A stretch of 34,232 nucleotides of DNA from an uncultured Acidimicrobiaceae bacterium (GTDB lineage: Bacteria > Actinomycetota > Acidimicrobiia > Acidimicrobiales > MedAcidi-G1): NCBI GenBank assembly GCA_913054115.1, contig CAJXIS010000001.1:1-34232 (forward strand). Reading direction: 5' to 3'. Position 1 is the first letter of the stretch; each line of letters begins with the position of its first letter. The translations under genes and the position numbers were made by a program. The notes below the pieces were generated by a model. That model saw only the letters and a program-made list of their open reading frames with translations, made no database searches and was not told the DNA's origin. Shown here piece by piece: positions 1-8,711 of the stretch.

Positions 1-250
1 TGAACGACTTGTCATCCACCTGACCCACATCAGTCACCAGACCGATACACGCACCAGCCTCGACCGGCTCCGTGGTCGTCACGACCTCGGTCGTGGTCGT
101 CGGTGCCTCGGTCGTGGTCGTCGTGGGCGCAGCAGTAGTCGTCGTCACCCCCTCCGTCGTCGGCGTGGCGTCGCCCCCTCCACCGCCACAGGCCGAAGCC
201 AGCAGTGTGAACGAGAGCAGTACAGCCGGCAGAGTTCGTGATCGCCGCAT
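1..250 (-). CDS. BMP-family (PnrA/Med-like) ABC-transporter substrate-binding lipoprotein, N-terminal part only (gene runs off the window start)
   Basis: Not in the ORF track because there is no stop in the window. Hand translation of the minus strand from ATG 250-248 gives MRRSRTLPAVLLSFTLLASACGGGGGDATPTTEGVTTTTAAPTTTTTEAPTTTTEVVTTTEPVEAGACIGLVTDVGQVDDKSF. This is a signal peptide with a lipobox-like SAC, a Thr/Pro linker, then the GLVTDxGxxDDKSF signature typical of BMP lipoproteins. Confidence 0.7.
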   Translation of the reverse strand, partial: MRRSRTLPAVLLSFTLLASACGGGGGDATPTTEGVTTTTAAPTTTTTEAPTTTTEVVTTTEPVEAGACIGLVTDVGQVDDKSF

Positions 251-312
251 GGAATGCTCTCCCCTCATTGGAATTTGGTCTGACTGTCGGATCTGGGCCT
301 GGAGCACATCGA

Positions 313-2334
313 TCAGCCCGCTGCCTGACGGACAGCGGCTTCGAGGTCGGCTCGACCGGCCTGGTGCGCGGCGATCAGGCTGGCTGCGTGCGGAACCGGC
401 GTGAACGCGGCGGCGACTCTCGTGACCGGTGCCTCGAGTTCACCGAACAACTCCTCGTTCACCTGGGCTGCGATCTCCGCTCCGGCGCCGGCAAAGCCCA
501 CCGAACCGTGCGCGATGACGGCTCGCCTGGTACGTCCGACCGAGTCGAGGATGGTTGGGAGGTCGAGGGGCAGCAGGGTCCGTAGATCGACGACTTCGAC
601 CGAGATGCCGTCCTCGGCAACCGACTTGGCGACCCGGTGGGCGGTTCCCACCATCGGCCCCCAGGAGATCACGGTGACGTCTGTGCCCGGTCGTGTGATG
701 ACGGCCGAGCCGAGGGGGAGCGTGTAGGGCTCATCGGGAACAGCCGATTTGGCGAAGAGCAGGGACATGCCTTCGAGGAAGACGCACGGGTCCTCGTCGT
801 CGATACACGCAGCGAGCAGGCCCTTGGCGTCGGCCGGGTTCGAAGGAAAGACGACCTTGAGGCCGGGAACATGCATTGCCCATGCCTCGAACGACTGGGA
901 GTGTTGTGGTCCGTTCCCGGTGCCGACCACGGTGCGCACGGTGATCGGCGCAGTGACTCGACCACCGGTCATGTAGCGGAGCTTCGCCGCATGGTTGACG
1001 AGCTGATCCATGCAGACGCCGAGAAAGTCGCAGAACATGATCTCCGCCACGGGGCGCATCCCAGCTGCGGCAGCGCCGATGGCGGCACCGAGGATCGCCG
1101 TTTCGGAAATCGGCGTCGATCGGACCCGGTCTCCGAAATCGGTCGACAGGCCGGCCGTCGCCTTGAACAGGCCGCCCATCGGATCGGCGATGTCTTCGCC
1201 GAGGATGACCACGCGTGGGTCAGACTCCAGGGCGTGGCGCATCGCCGAGTTGACCGCACCGGCGAGGCCCATGTCGGTGGTCGGTCCGACAGGGACCGAG
1301 TGGGACCGGGGCGGCGAGGTGGTCAACTCGGCTGAAGCGTTCGTGCCCGCGTAGACGTGTGTGAAGACCGAATCGGGGTCCGGGGGCGGCGCCGCCTTGG
1401 CCTTCTCCACGGATGCATCGACCGCTGCGAGTTCCTGTTCATCGACCCGGTCGAGTTCGGCCGCATCGATGCCTTCGTCGAGAAGCCGGTTCCGGAACGC
1501 TTTCAGCGGTTCGTTCTCCAGCGCCTCGGCCAACTGCTCCTGGTCGACGTACACGCACGGGTCACCGAAGTAGTGGCCGCTCAGGCGGTGTGCGACCGCT
1601 TCGATCATCGTGGGCCCGTCGCCGGCCCGGGCGCGGCGGGTGGCGTCCGCGACTGCGTCACACACGGCGAGTGGATCGGTTCCGTCGATCGTGACGCCCG
1701 GCATTCCGTAGCCGGCGGCCCGGTCGGAGAGTTTCTGGGTTGCGGTGTAGCCGGCGAGGGGGGTGGCTTCGCCGTAGAGGTTGTTCTGGCAGAGGAAGAT
1801 GACCGGCAACTTCCAGACTGCCGCGAGGTTCATGGCTTCGTGGACGAAGCCGATGCTGGTGGCGCCGTCGCCGAAGCTGACCACCGTGACCCGGTCCCTG
1901 CCTTGCAACTGATCTGCCCAGGCAAAGCCGTTGGCGATGGGCGGACCCGCACCGACGATGCCGGTCGTCGCCATCAGGCCGACATCCGGGGCGTTCACGC
2001 CCATGGCGCCGCCTCGGCCACCCGATGTTCCGATGGTGGTCCCGAGGAACTCACCGACCAGCGACTCGGTCGTCACCCCCTTTGCCACTGCGTCGCCAAT
2101 GCAACGGTACGTGGTGATCCACTGATCGTCGGGTCGGAGCGCTGCCGCTGTTCCCGCCGAGATCGCCTCCTGCCCCTCGGGTGACCACATGCTGAAGGCG
2201 AACTCGCCGGCCTTGAGCCCCCTCCGGCACCGTTCGTCGACGGCGCGGATACGACGCATGGTGCGATAGATCGCCAGCAGTTCGTCGTTCGAATGTTGAT
2301 GCATCGGGTGTCCCTCGGGGTGGGTGTTCGTCAT
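313..2334 (-). CDS. Fused E1 alpha-beta subunit of a TPP-dependent 2-oxoacid/acetoin-type dehydrogenase
   Basis: 673-aa ORF. The N-half is E1 alpha with the TPP motif GDGATSIGFVHEAMNLAAVWKLPVIFLCQNN (GDG..NN). The C-half (from ~GLAGAVNSAMRHALESDPRVVILGEDI) is E1 beta / transketolase-like. Both lie in one continuous frame. The stop of the upstream Rieske gene is only 10 nt away. Confidence 0.9.
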   Translation of the reverse strand: MTNTHPEGHPMHQHSNDELLAIYRTMRRIRAVDERCRRGLKAGEFAFSMWSPEGQEAISAGTAAALRPDDQWITTYRCIGDAVAKGVTTESLVGEFLGTTIGTSGGRGGAMGVNAPDVGLMATTGIVGAGPPIANGFAWADQLQGRDRVTVVSFGDGATSIGFVHEAMNLAAVWKLPVIFLCQNNLYGEATPLAGYTATQKLSDRAAGYGMPGVTIDGTDPLAVCDAVADATRRARAGDGPTMIEAVAHRLSGHYFGDPCVYVDQEQLAEALENEPLKAFRNRLLDEGIDAAELDRVDEQELAAVDASVEKAKAAPPPDPDSVFTHVYAGTNASAELTTSPPRSHSVPVGPTTDMGLAGAVNSAMRHALESDPRVVILGEDIADPMGGLFKATAGLSTDFGDRVRSTPISETAILGAAIGAAAAGMRPVAEIMFCDFLGVCMDQLVNHAAKLRYMTGGRVTAPITVRTVVGTGNGPQHSQSFEAWAMHVPGLKVVFPSNPADAKGLLAACIDDEDPCVFLEGMSLLFAKSAVPDEPYTLPLGSAVITRPGTDVTVISWGPMVGTAHRVAKSVAEDGISVEVVDLRTLLPLDLPTILDSVGRTRRAVIAHGSVGFAGAGAEIAAQVNEELFGELEAPVTRVAAAFTPVPHAASLIAAHQAGRADLEAAVRQAAG

Positions 2335-2344
2335 GCGCGCAGGG

Positions 2345-3754
2345 TCACGGTTCGAATGGCGGCGGCTCGCCGTGGTCGACGCCGAACAGGAATCGGTCGG
2401 CGATCCTGTGGTGGTTGATGATCGAGCCTTCCTGCTTCTGGTTCAACCAGAGGCCCGTGAAACCGATGCTGTGCATCCCCTGCTGGATGTCGCCGAGATT
2501 CTTCAGGTCCTGCGTGATCAACTGGCCCCAGTCGTGGTCGCGCCATGTGGGGTAGCTCTCCCACTTCGTCTCAGGAATCTCATCGGACCGGAAGTGCTCC
2601 AGCGACCAGACGTCCCAGATACAGGAGTCGGGGTCGTCACCGTTGGGTCGCATGCGATAGCCGAGCAGGCACGATTGTTCGGCAAGGAACACCATCGTGG
2701 GGGTGACGTGCCAGTCGCCATTGCCGGCCGAGTACTCCTCGGCGGACATGTCCGGGTACCCCTCGACCCCTTCATCGTGGGCAAGCCTCTTGCACGCTGC
2801 GAGGTAGGCGAGGAACATGGGCCCCTCGAAGTCGCTCCCGATGAGAGACTCCGCCGCCCGTACGTCGCGTTCGGTGGCCATCGAGCCGATGTGGTTCTTC
2901 TCGTAGGCGATCAGCGCTGCGTGATATTCGGGTCGACCGACCCGCTCGGCCCGCACCGGGTCCACCTTTCCGGTGAACGGGCGCTGGGTGTAGATGAACC
3001 GGGAGTGGTTGCGGTACATCAAAGTGGGAGTCCACGCACCGAAGGCGAACTCATCCACCGTTGCGGGTCTGGCTGAAGGCGGGTCGCCCTCGTCGAGGCG
3101 CAGCATCTGCGGGTGGGTGCCGGTGCTGTGCCATCCCTCGATGAACGCATCGACCAGCGTCTTCCAGTTCGAGGGGACGATCGTGCTCTTGCGCCAGGCG
3201 TAGCGCATGCCCTCGAGATTGAAGGGTGCCAGCAGCGTTGGGATCGGATCGAGCCACTCGAGCAACGGTTCCGGGTCATCGCCCATGTGCACGAACACCC
3301 AACCACCCCATGTATCGACGTGAACCGATCGAAGGTTGTTGCACTCCGTGGGCCGCTCCGTGAACTCCTCCTCCATGTACTGGAACGTGTTGACGCCGTC
3401 GATTGCGTAGCGCCAGCCATGGAAGCGGCAGCGGAACTCGTCGACACGGCCTGCGCCGCCGATGATCTTCATGCCGCGATGAGGACAGGAGTTGTGCATG
3501 GCCCTGATCGACCCGTCGCCCTGGCGGACGACCAGGATCGACTGTCGGCCGATGGTGTAGTCGTAGTAGCTGCCTGCCTGGGCGAGTTCCTCCTCGCGGC
3601 ACGCCATCTGCCACACGTTGGGGAACAGGTGCTCATATTCGAGGGCGAGGAAGTCTGCGTCCAGATACCGACCCTTCGGTACCATCCATTCTCCGAGGGT
3701 CCAACGCTCAGGGACCTCTTGGGGAGACGCAGCGATCAACCCTTCACCAGCCAT
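2345..3754 (-). CDS. Rieske [2Fe-2S] ring-hydroxylating oxygenase, alpha (catalytic) subunit family
   Basis: Rieske motif CPHRGMKI...CRFHGWRY and a mononuclear-iron His pair in EGWHSTGTH. Start placed at ATG 3754 (MAGEGLIAAS...) because the longer ORF (to 3787) would run into operator O1. Confidence 0.88.
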   Translation of the reverse strand: MAGEGLIAASPQEVPERWTLGEWMVPKGRYLDADFLALEYEHLFPNVWQMACREEELAQAGSYYDYTIGRQSILVVRQGDGSIRAMHNSCPHRGMKIIGGAGRVDEFRCRFHGWRYAIDGVNTFQYMEEEFTERPTECNNLRSVHVDTWGGWVFVHMGDDPEPLLEWLDPIPTLLAPFNLEGMRYAWRKSTIVPSNWKTLVDAFIEGWHSTGTHPQMLRLDEGDPPSARPATVDEFAFGAWTPTLMYRNHSRFIYTQRPFTGKVDPVRAERVGRPEYHAALIAYEKNHIGSMATERDVRAAESLIGSDFEGPMFLAYLAACKRLAHDEGVEGYPDMSAEEYSAGNGDWHVTPTMVFLAEQSCLLGYRMRPNGDDPDSCIWDVWSLEHFRSDEIPETKWESYPTWRDHDWGQLITQDLKNLGDIQQGMHSIGFTGLWLNQKQEGSIINHHRIADRFLFGVDHGEPPPFEP

Positions 3755-3773
3755 TCCCGGAGCATTGCACAAA

Positions 3774-3800
3774 TAGGACAGTAGCACAATATGTGTTCAA
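3774..3800. promoter_or_regulatory. Operator O1 of the 27-bp family: TAGGACA-GTAGCACAATATG-TGTTCAA
   Basis: AT-rich island in the 62-bp divergent gap between the Rieske start (3754, -) and the crotonase start (3817, +). It fits TAGrACA-N13-TGTwCwA, which is shared with six other gaps. Confidence 0.65.
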
Positions 3801-3816
3801 CTGATAGACCAGTGAC

Positions 3817-4692
3817 ATGACCCCACCCCCGGTTCCCGACGGCCTACCCCACGAGATCCACGGCATCGACCTCATGGCGGACGAGTTGCACGCTTCGATC
3901 CTCGGCGACACGCTCACCGTCACGATCGACCGACCGGAGAAGCGCAACGCCATCACCAGCGACGGCTACCACGGCATAAAGCGGGCGGCGATGATCGTGG
4001 CCGACGAACCCCGACTCCAGTTCCTGGTGATCACCGGCACCGGAGACGCCTTCTGCGCCGGCGGCGACATGGGCAGGTCTGCACCGAGCCGCCGATGGGA
4101 CATGTTCACCGAGTCGGCCGACGGGGTCCCGTTCGAGACCCTCGGCCGCATTCCGAAGATCGTGGTGTGCAAGATCAACGGCATCGCCATGGGCGGCGGG
4201 ATGGTGATGAGCATGTACGCCGACCTCGTCATCGCCTCCGACGAGGCCCGGATCCGTATCCCCGATCTCACCCGTGGCGTCTACGAGGCGTTCATCGCGG
4301 CCCGGCTGCCCCAGAGAGTGGGCACCCTGCGGGCCAATCACCTGATGTACGAAAGCGAATGGCTCACTCCGCAACAGGCCCTCGAGATCGGCCTCGTGGG
4401 CCGTGTGGTGCCCCACGCCGATCTCGACGCCGAGACCGAGGCCATGATCGAACGGGTGCGCAAGACCGGCCCGGTCGCACGGGCCCTGATGAAGCGGCAG
4501 ATGTGGCAGTCCCTGCCACCCGTGGACGTCGGTGGCTACTGGGAACGCATCGGCACACCCGAGACGGCAGAGGCATGGACTGCATTTCTCGACAAGAGGG
4601 ATCCGCAGTGGCCCGGAACCGACGATCCGCCCAACCCGCTCAAGAGGTCTCGCCGAGCGACATGGATGCCGACGACAGACGACACGCAATGA
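3817..4692 (+). CDS. Enoyl-CoA hydratase/isomerase (crotonase) family protein
   Basis: 291-aa ORF with LTVTIDRPEKRNAI and ITGTGDAFCAGGDM (crotonase oxyanion-hole region). An alternative start is the Met at 3874. Confidence 0.88.
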   Translation: MTPPPVPDGLPHEIHGIDLMADELHASILGDTLTVTIDRPEKRNAITSDGYHGIKRAAMIVADEPRLQFLVITGTGDAFCAGGDMGRSAPSRRWDMFTESADGVPFETLGRIPKIVVCKINGIAMGGGMVMSMYADLVIASDEARIRIPDLTRGVYEAFIAARLPQRVGTLRANHLMYESEWLTPQQALEIGLVGRVVPHADLDAETEAMIERVRKTGPVARALMKRQMWQSLPPVDVGGYWERIGTPETAEAWTAFLDKRDPQWPGTDDPPNPLKRSRRATWMPTTDDTQ

Positions 4693-4781
4693 TGACGGTG
4701 ATGCTCCGCGGTGGAGCGCCGTTCGCCTCCGGCACCTGATCCCCGCGTCGGCGAAAATCCAACCTGCCCCTGCTGGGCCGG

Positions 4782-5300
4782 TCAGGCCAGCTCCAGGCCG
4801 AGACGCATCACGTCCTGCACCGCATCTCCACCGAGAACCTCGCTCCGCCTGCGATGGATGAGCCATGCGCCGTCGCTCTTCACGCACTCGTAGTGGTTCA
4901 GGGCCAGTCGAAACAGGACGAAGTCCTCCCCCCGCCGTTCGTAGATGCGGGTGTACCCCGTGGCCCTGGCATCGGATCCATCGACCACCACGACGACAGG
5001 CCCAGGCGTATGCGCCGAGTTCGGGAGCAGCGCCTGGTGGGGGGCCGAGAGCACCATCGCCCCGACCGCTTCGCGTCCCTCCATACGCAGCACCCGACCA
5101 CGGTCGCCGTCGATGCCCGTCGTGGCTGCACCCACCTCGTACACGGTGTCCTCGGTGAACAGGGCCATCGCCGCCTCGGCCTCGCCGGCATCGACGGCCA
5201 GCCCGTAGCGGACGATCAGGCGGTGCACCGCGAGCTCGTCCTCGGCGCTGGTCAATCGTGTTTCCAGCTCGGCAAGTCGCTCCTCGACAGACATGGTCAT
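4782..5300 (-). CDS. SnoaL-like / NTF2-fold protein
   Basis: 172 aa. The N-terminus ERLAELETRLTSAEDELAVHRLIVRYGLAVDAGEAEAAMALFTEDTVYE is typical of SnoaL_4/NTF2-like proteins. ATGA overlap with the upstream LLM gene (5297-5300). Confidence 0.72.
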   Translation of the reverse strand: MTMSVEERLAELETRLTSAEDELAVHRLIVRYGLAVDAGEAEAAMALFTEDTVYEVGAATTGIDGDRGRVLRMEGREAVGAMVLSAPHQALLPNSAHTPGPVVVVVDGSDARATGYTRIYERRGEDFVLFRLALNHYECVKSDGAWLIHRRRSEVLGGDAVQDVMRLGLELA

Positions 5301-6247
5301 GTGGTTCTCCTGGGACGGTCTCGACGGGAATTGACGGCGTCGATGACATCGACGCCGAAACGTGCATAGCTCTCGAGCGCGTGATCGACGCTCCTGGCCG
5401 CCACGCCGACGGTCGACCAGCCGACGCCCTCGTCGATCAGCTCACCGAGCGCATCGACATAGGCCCCTGGCTCGAAGCGTGTGGTACCGGGGACGCCCCC
5501 GGCGAACGGTGCACACATCACGTCGATGGAATCCGTACGTGCGGCCTTGTCCATCTCCTCCGCCAGATGGGCGAGCATCCCCCGCAGGTCATCGATCGAT
5601 TCGAGATGGGCGGTCCGGCGACGGTCGCCGAGTCGACGGGGGTTCGGCATCGGCATCCAACCCTGGGCCCAGGCGGCGACGCGGCGGCGGGTGAGCCTCG
5701 AGTTGCCGCCAATCCACACCGGCGGGTGAGGCGACTGTGCCGGCGTGGGGAGGCTGCGGATGCCCTCGGCGGTGAAGTGGCGCCCGCTGTGGTCCACCGG
5801 TTCACCGGTCCACGCCTTGCGCATCACCTCGAACGATTCGTCGAACAGGTCGTTGCGATCCTCGAACTCGACCCCGAGTGCCCGATACTCGGCTTCGAGG
5901 TAGCCGGTCCCCGCCCCGATGATGAGCCGACCGCCGGACAGCGCGTCAAGTGTCGCCGCTGTCTTCGCCAACAGGAACGGGTTGCGATAGGGGACGACGG
6001 TGAGATTCGTCAGCAGCCGGAGTCTCGAGGTGACCGTTGCGGCCACGGTGAGCCCGACGAAGGGGTCGATTGCGTCATGGCCACCACTGGTGCGCCACGC
6101 TTCGGAGGGGGCAGGGTGTTCGGTCAACCAGACGGCCGAAAAGCCTGCATCCTCGGCAGCGATCGCAAGGCGGCTGATCGCATCGACCGAGATGAACTCC
6201 GGATCGGGCGGCGCGGAGTTGATGGGGATGCCGACGGCAAACCTCAT
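5297..6247 (-). CDS. LLM-class (luciferase-like) flavin/F420-dependent oxidoreductase
   Basis: Start trimmed to MRFAVGIPINS (ATG 6247), which overlaps the upstream stop by 1 nt (TGATG). Luciferase-like features: AVWLTEHP, GRLIIGAGTGYLEAEYRALGV, PPVWIGGNS. Confidence 0.82.
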   Translation of the reverse strand: MRFAVGIPINSAPPDPEFISVDAISRLAIAAEDAGFSAVWLTEHPAPSEAWRTSGGHDAIDPFVGLTVAATVTSRLRLLTNLTVVPYRNPFLLAKTAATLDALSGGRLIIGAGTGYLEAEYRALGVEFEDRNDLFDESFEVMRKAWTGEPVDHSGRHFTAEGIRSLPTPAQSPHPPVWIGGNSRLTRRRVAAWAQGWMPMPNPRRLGDRRRTAHLESIDDLRGMLAHLAEEMDKAARTDSIDVMCAPFAGGVPGTTRFEPGAYVDALGELIDEGVGWSTVGVAARSVDHALESYARFGVDVIDAVNSRRDRPRRTT

Positions 6248-7326
6248 CACCACTCCCCCATGGATGCGGCCCGGTCGCGCTGGCGGTCCGGTCCCCCCAG
6301 GAATGCCCGGTCGAACATGATGCGCTTGTACCAGAGATGCACGTTCGACTCCCACGTGTAGCCCATCGCCCCGTGGAGGTCGACGCAGGCTCTGGCGATG
6401 GCCATCGAGCAATCGGTGATGTGTGCGTGCGCCATGGCCGCTACCCGGGAGGCCGCAGTGGGGATGTGATCGAGCGCGTGCGCGGCGTACCACCACAATG
6501 CCCGGGTCGGCTCCAACCCGGTGACCATGTTGGCGAGTTCGTGCTTGATGCCCTGGAACTGGGTCAGTTTCGTCTCGAACTGCTCTCGTTCGTCCAGGTA
6601 GTCGATGGTCTCCCTCACCAACCGGTGGGCGCAGCCGAATGCGTCGGCCGCGAGCAGGACCAGCCCCGCATCGAAGACCCGGGGTGCCGCGGCGACACCT
6701 TCCGGAAGCTCCGAGACGGGAGTGTCATCGAACACCACCGTGTCCAGTCGCCGGGTCCGGTCGATGCCGTCGAACGACGTCACCTCGACGCCGTCACCGG
6801 GAGCGGAGACGACGAAGAGGCGGCTCCCGGCGCCGCCCACGACGATGACATCCGCATGGTTGCCGTGGAGAACGTGCGCTTTGGTGCCGGACAATCTGCC
6901 GTCACGGACTTCGACGGACCAGTGGTCGGGTTCCCAGACATCGCCGGGCTCGGCCCATGCAATCGTCGCGATCGCCTCTCCGCTCGCCAGGGCCGGAAGC
7001 CAGCGGGCGCGCTGGTCGTGATCGCCGCCGAGCAGGATCGCCAACGATCCGAGCTGGTGTCCCAGGAGTGGGCCGGGCATCGCCCCTTCTCCGGCGACCT
7101 CCGCCATCAGGGCGGCGTCGAGGAGTTCGAGTCCGGAACCACCGTGCTCCTCGGGTAGGCACAGACCGACGAGTCCCAGCCCGGCCAACATCGACCAGAG
7201 CCCGGGGTCGTGTGCCGTTTCGGCTTCGAGCCCCTCACGAACGACTGCGGGAGGATGTTCGTTCGCGAGCAGGGCGCGCACCGCGTCCTGCATCATCAAC
7301 TGCTCGTCGGTGAGCCCGAAGTCCAT
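6247..7326 (-). CDS. Acyl-CoA dehydrogenase family protein
   Basis: Start trimmed to MDFGLTDEQLMMQDAVRALL (ATG 7326; 1-nt TGATG overlap with the upstream gene). C-terminal ACAD helices: FETKLTQFQGIKHELANM, LHGAMGYTWESNVHLWYKR. Confidence 0.82.
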   Translation of the reverse strand: MDFGLTDEQLMMQDAVRALLANEHPPAVVREGLEAETAHDPGLWSMLAGLGLVGLCLPEEHGGSGLELLDAALMAEVAGEGAMPGPLLGHQLGSLAILLGGDHDQRARWLPALASGEAIATIAWAEPGDVWEPDHWSVEVRDGRLSGTKAHVLHGNHADVIVVGGAGSRLFVVSAPGDGVEVTSFDGIDRTRRLDTVVFDDTPVSELPEGVAAAPRVFDAGLVLLAADAFGCAHRLVRETIDYLDEREQFETKLTQFQGIKHELANMVTGLEPTRALWWYAAHALDHIPTAASRVAAMAHAHITDCSMAIARACVDLHGAMGYTWESNVHLWYKRIMFDRAFLGGPDRQRDRAASMGEW

Positions 7327-8711
7327 CAGCGATTGAACCGCTGGAGGCCTGCGGCCTCCAGCGCGAGCTCCTTTGCGTGGTTCATGTCGTAGTGCTTCAT
7401 GGTGATGAGCTTCTGGGCGTACAGGCCGCCCCCCGAGATCGAGACCGTGACCTGCCACCAGCCACCGAAATCACTCGCGGTGATGTCTCGCACCGCGTGG
7501 AAGAGACGGGTCCGGTACTCCCCGGAGACACCCTCCATGGTCCGCATGTACTTTTCGACCAGTGGCCGCGTCTCCGGGTTCGCCAGGTCGCCAGGCAGCG
7601 GCGCAGTCACGATCGAGCCGCCTCCTATGTCGTGGATCAGGCTCAGCATTCGCGGAAACTCCCGGGCCCCGAAGAACTTCGCTGCGTTGGTGTACAACTC
7701 GCTCGGCGTGACCCAGCCCTCCGGCGTGGTCGTGACGTTCGTGATCGCGGCTTCGAGCCCGGATCGGACAAGCGTTGCGTGGATCACCATTTCGGCGATC
7801 TTGTCCTTGACGTGGCCGATCCGCTCCGTCCCGTTCGCTTCAGCGAGCAATCTGGCGAGACCGATGAGGAGGTCGTAGTTCTTCGCCATGTGGGCGATGC
7901 CTCCGGCGCGCTGCCAGAGGCCGAGCGAGTGGGCGAAGGTCGCCGAGTGTTCGACCTCGCCGTTGAGGAAGATCCGCTCGTTCGGCACGAACACGTCCTC
8001 GAACACCACGAATCCCTCGGGCATGGATCGGGTCTTGCTGTACGGGTGTTCTTCCAACTCCTCGAGCCGGGGTGAGATCGAGGCATTGAGAACGGTGACG
8101 CCCGGCGCGTTGACCGGAATGGCACACGCGATCGCCCACGGCTCTTCGCCGGTCTTCATCTTCTTGGTTGGCATGACCACCATCTCGTGGGTGATCGCGG
8201 CCGCTGAGATGTGCAACTTTGCGCCCCGGATCACCACACCGTCGGGTCGCTGTTCGACGACACGGGTGAACACGTCCGGATCGTCCTGGTCGGCAATGGA
8301 GCGGTCGCGGTGTCCCTTTGCATCGGTGAGCGTCTGCACACACCTGACGTCGTTCTCCTGGCACCATTCGATGTATGCCTCCATGCGATGTCCATAGGGG
8401 ACTTCGGTCTCGCCGATCCGGCCCGCCGCCGTGCGCAGTGCGGCCAGGCTCTCGAGCGTCGTGACCAGCGACGTGTCCCACTTCGTGAGCAGGTCGAGCC
8501 GCGCCCGGAGCTCTTCGGACGAGCGGGGTGCGGTGTAGGCGGCAGCGAATGCATCCGGGCCCTGCTCGACGTATGCGTCGTAGCCGGCCGCGATGAGGTC
8601 GACGGAGCCCTGCATCCGGGGGTGGACCGTCACGTCCTCGACGAGTTCGCCGTCGTAGAAGATCCGGCGTCCGTCGCGTAGCGACGCTCGGTAATCGTCT
8701 CCGGTCATCAT
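7326..8711 (-). CDS. HpaB / 4-hydroxybutyryl-CoA dehydratase (AbfD)-family protein
   Basis: 461 aa. N-terminus MMTGDDYRASLRDGRRIFYDGELVEDVTVHP and the core TDAKGHRDRSIADQDDPDVFTRVVEQRPDGVVIRGAKLHISAA match the 4-hydroxyphenylacetate 3-hydroxylase / AbfD fold family. The subfamily cannot be decided by eye. Confidence 0.75.
   Translation of the reverse strand: MMTGDDYRASLRDGRRIFYDGELVEDVTVHPRMQGSVDLIAAGYDAYVEQGPDAFAAAYTAPRSSEELRARLDLLTKWDTSLVTTLESLAALRTAAGRIGETEVPYGHRMEAYIEWCQENDVRCVQTLTDAKGHRDRSIADQDDPDVFTRVVEQRPDGVVIRGAKLHISAAAITHEMVVMPTKKMKTGEEPWAIACAIPVNAPGVTVLNASISPRLEELEEHPYSKTRSMPEGFVVFEDVFVPNERIFLNGEVEHSATFAHSLGLWQRAGGIAHMAKNYDLLIGLARLLAEANGTERIGHVKDKIAEMVIHATLVRSGLEAAITNVTTTPEGWVTPSELYTNAAKFFGAREFPRMLSLIHDIGGGSIVTAPLPGDLANPETRPLVEKYMRTMEGVSGEYRTRLFHAVRDITASDFGGWWQVTVSISGGGLYAQKLITMKHYDMNHAKELALEAAGLQRFNR

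Noticed and set aside
72-200. Repetitive GTCGTGGTCGTC-type DNA and the poly-Val ORF 72..404(+)
   Set aside because: It is the reverse complement of a Thr/Pro-rich linker (TTTTAAPTTTTTEAPTTTTEVVTTTEP) in the minus-strand BMP lipoprotein. It is neither an independent repeat element nor a plus-strand gene.
4693-4781. Weak GC-rich stem candidates in the convergent gap between the crotonase and the SnoaL gene as a bidirectional terminator
   Set aside because: The stems are imperfect (GGAGCG/CGCCTCC), there is no U-tract, and they cannot be distinguished from background at this GC content.
3844-5367. Very long ORFs antisense to or out of frame with the called genes, e.g. 3844..5367(-) 507 aa, 18994..20976(+) 660 aa, 24089..25486(-) 465 aa, 16402..17547(+) 381 aa, 17808..18941(+) 377 aa, 28321..29376(-) 351 aa, 5258..6361(+) 367 aa
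   Set aside because: Their translations are Arg/Pro/Gly/His-rich low-complexity strings with no recognisable motifs. Each fully overlaps an ORF with clear family signatures. These are the typical shadow ORFs of high-GC DNA.
5297-7458. N-terminal extensions of several track ORFs (5297..6496, 6247..7458, 2345..3787, 11297..12295, 14954..15787, 15736..17109, 21583..22506, 23573..25372, 27380..28432)
   Set aside because: The extensions overlap the upstream gene or an operator, look non-proteinaceous, and have an internal start giving a canonical family N-terminus, often with a 1- or 4-nt stop/start overlap. Shorter coordinates were used.
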